NCBI GenBank assembly: GCA_902478985.1
Contig: CABSNH010000001.1
Coordinates: forward strand, 1-56,474
DNA length: 56,474 bases
Source: an uncultured Collinsella sp.
Lineage (GTDB): Bacteria > Actinomycetota > Coriobacteriia > Coriobacteriales > Coriobacteriaceae
Reading direction: 5' to 3'
In this document: positions 55,148 to 56,474 of the stretch, piece after piece
How positions within the stretch are numbered: the stretch's first letter is position 1
Layout: each line of letters begins with the position of its first letter
Position numbers and translations under genes: made by a program
The notes under the pieces: model-generated
What the model was told of the DNA's origin: nothing
Seen by the model: the letters and a program-made list of their open reading frames with translations, nothing else
Database searches by the model: none

Positions 55148-56251
55148 CTAGCTGCGTTTTCGGACCAGGGCGATATAGAAGCCCTCAAAGTCGCGGCTGG
55201 GCGGAATGGTCAGCGTGCCGGGCATGCCGTTGGCAATGGCTGAGACGTGGCCCGCGGCAATGGCCTCGGTAAGGGCGTTGCACTCGATATGCGGCTTGTC
55301 GCCGGTATCCTGTGTGCGACGCGCTTCGCTTTCGCTTGGAGTGCCGTCGAGGGGGATGAGCTCGCAGTCCATATGCTTGTCGAGGGCCTCTTGCAGGGCG
55401 TCCTCGTTTTCCTGCGGCAAGATTGAACAGGTCGAATAGACGAGCGTGCCGCCCGGTTTGAGGGCCCCCATGGCGCGGTCCAGAAGCGCGCGCTGCGAGC
55501 GGGCGCACTTGACGAGCAGCTGCTCGGTGAGGCCGCGCAGACTTTTCTCGTTGCCGCTGATGACGGTGCCCGTACCGGTACAGGGGGCGTCGAGCAGGAT
55601 ACGGTCAAAGCGGAAGAACTCGTCAAGCTCGCGCGCGTCAATACGCATGACGGGCACGTTTTTGGCGCCCTGGCGGCCCAAGTTGGCCTCGAGCTTTTCG
55701 GCGCGGGGAATGCTCATCTCGCAGGCGGTGAGGTGCGCCTGGCCCTGGGTGAGGGCGGCGATCTGCGTCGTCTTGCCGCCGGGGGCCGCGCACATGTCCA
55801 AGATATCCTCGCCGGCCTGCGCGCCCAGCACCAAAGGAGGCATCATGGACGACAGACTCTGCAGGTAGATCTTGCCGTCACGGTAGATGTCGAGGTCCCA
55901 CAGGTCGGAAACTTGGGCTTCGGGCAGGATGAAGGCATCCGGGTACCAGGCAACGGGGCGGTGGGCGATGTCGGCTGCGTCGAGCGCGACGGCGATGTCT
56001 TCGGCGGTCGCCTTGAGCGTGTTGGCGCGCAGCGTGACCGGGCGCGTGGCTGCGGCGCCAAAGCCCTCAATCACGAGCTCGGCATCGGCAGGCGTATAGG
56101 CGCCAGCAATCGTGTCGACCATAAAGCACGGCAGGTCGGCGGCGGAGTGTTGGGCGGCAAGCTGGTCGGAAAGCTCGGTAGCGGCAAACTGCCTGAGCTT
56201 GAGCTCGGGCTTAACCTGCTTTTTCTGCTTGCGACGACGCGGCTTGGACAT
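55148..56251 (-). CDS. RsmB/RsmF (NOL1/NOP2/Sun) RNA m5C methyltransferase
   Basis: YLQSLSSM, DMCAAPGGKT, ILLDAPCTG, LVYSTCS..PQENE. Confidence 0.93.
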   Translation of the reverse strand: MSKPRRRKQKKQVKPELKLRQFAATELSDQLAAQHSAADLPCFMVDTIAGAYTPADAELVIEGFGAAATRPVTLRANTLKATAEDIAVALDAADIAHRPVAWYPDAFILPEAQVSDLWDLDIYRDGKIYLQSLSSMMPPLVLGAQAGEDILDMCAAPGGKTTQIAALTQGQAHLTACEMSIPRAEKLEANLGRQGAKNVPVMRIDARELDEFFRFDRILLDAPCTGTGTVISGNEKSLRGLTEQLLVKCARSQRALLDRAMGALKPGGTLVYSTCSILPQENEDALQEALDKHMDCELIPLDGTPSESEARRTQDTGDKPHIECNALTEAIAAGHVSAIANGMPGTLTIPPSRDFEGFYIALVRKRS

Positions 56252-56310
56252 CCGTCTTTCCTTCCCATCCCAAATTGACTACTTTCCGGGCGCGCTGCTG
56301 CAGGCGTGCT

Positions 56311-56427
56311 TTAGTACTGGCTCTCGTGCTTGCTAAAGAAGTCGAAGCGCGGGGGCAGTGGCTTTACGCGGTGCTCGCCGGGCTTCTCGCCCAGGCTCTC
56401 CACAAACTCGTCCGTGGAGGCAAAGAT
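56311..56427 (-). CDS. Probable 3' end of an unidentified gene cut by the contig end
   Basis: Open frame IFASTDEFVESLGEKPGEHRVKPLPPRFDFFSKHESQY* with GC3-rich codons. Confidence 0.5.
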   Translation of the reverse strand: MFASTDEFVESLGEKPGEHRVKPLPPRFDFFSKHESQY

Positions 56428-56474
56428 CTGTCTCTTATACACATCTGACGCTGCCGACGAACTCTAGGGTGTAG
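56428..56474 (+). other. Nextera adapter read-through (technical artefact)
   Basis: CTGTCTCTTATACACATCT-GACGCTGCCGACGA, 8-nt index ACTCTAGG, then GTGTAG (start of the P5 complement). Confidence 0.98.

Noticed and set aside
56428..56446. Tn5/IS50 end suggesting a transposon
   Set aside because: It is the synthetic mosaic end followed by Illumina adapter and index sequence.
1..56474. CRISPR array or cas genes
   Set aside because: No regularly spaced direct repeats with unique spacers; the palindromes are isolated, and the PD-(D/E)XK domains belong to the AddAB-like pair.

Overview
GC-rich chromosomal contig end, most consistent with a Coriobacteriia gut actinobacterium (Collinsella-like; inferred from gene content and codon style, not from a search). 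The backbone is mostly housekeeping: cysK with a divergent Rrf2 regulator, AddAB-like helicase/nuclease, dnaE, a SWIM-SNF2 helicase, superoxide reductase, a degenerate NadE-like gene, ruvCAB with a LexA box, fhs, fchA-folD, a C69 dipeptidase, a UbiB kinase, two GtrA genes, class 3 FBPase, DegV and an RsmB/F methyltransferase. A less GC-rich accessory block (about 27.7-35.0 kb) holds a candidate type I toxin-antitoxin module missed by the ORF track (30-aa hydrophobic peptide plus a convergent sRNA with matching 5' ends), a small gene with a non-standard ACG start, an ADP-ribosylglycohydrolase, a broken HicB-like gene, a Tat-signal/sortase-anchored PI-PLC and a duplicated lipoprotein with an identical 20-bp upstream motif. 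A cobalamin riboswitch heads an operon encoding a ~2400-aa surface protein with three DUF4430 (transcobalamin-like) domains and a second DUF4430 membrane protein, a candidate cell-surface B12-scavenging system. Several intergenic REP/MITE-like palindromes recur. The last 47 bases are Nextera adapter read-through. No rRNA, tRNA, CRISPR array, transposase or prophage genes were seen.
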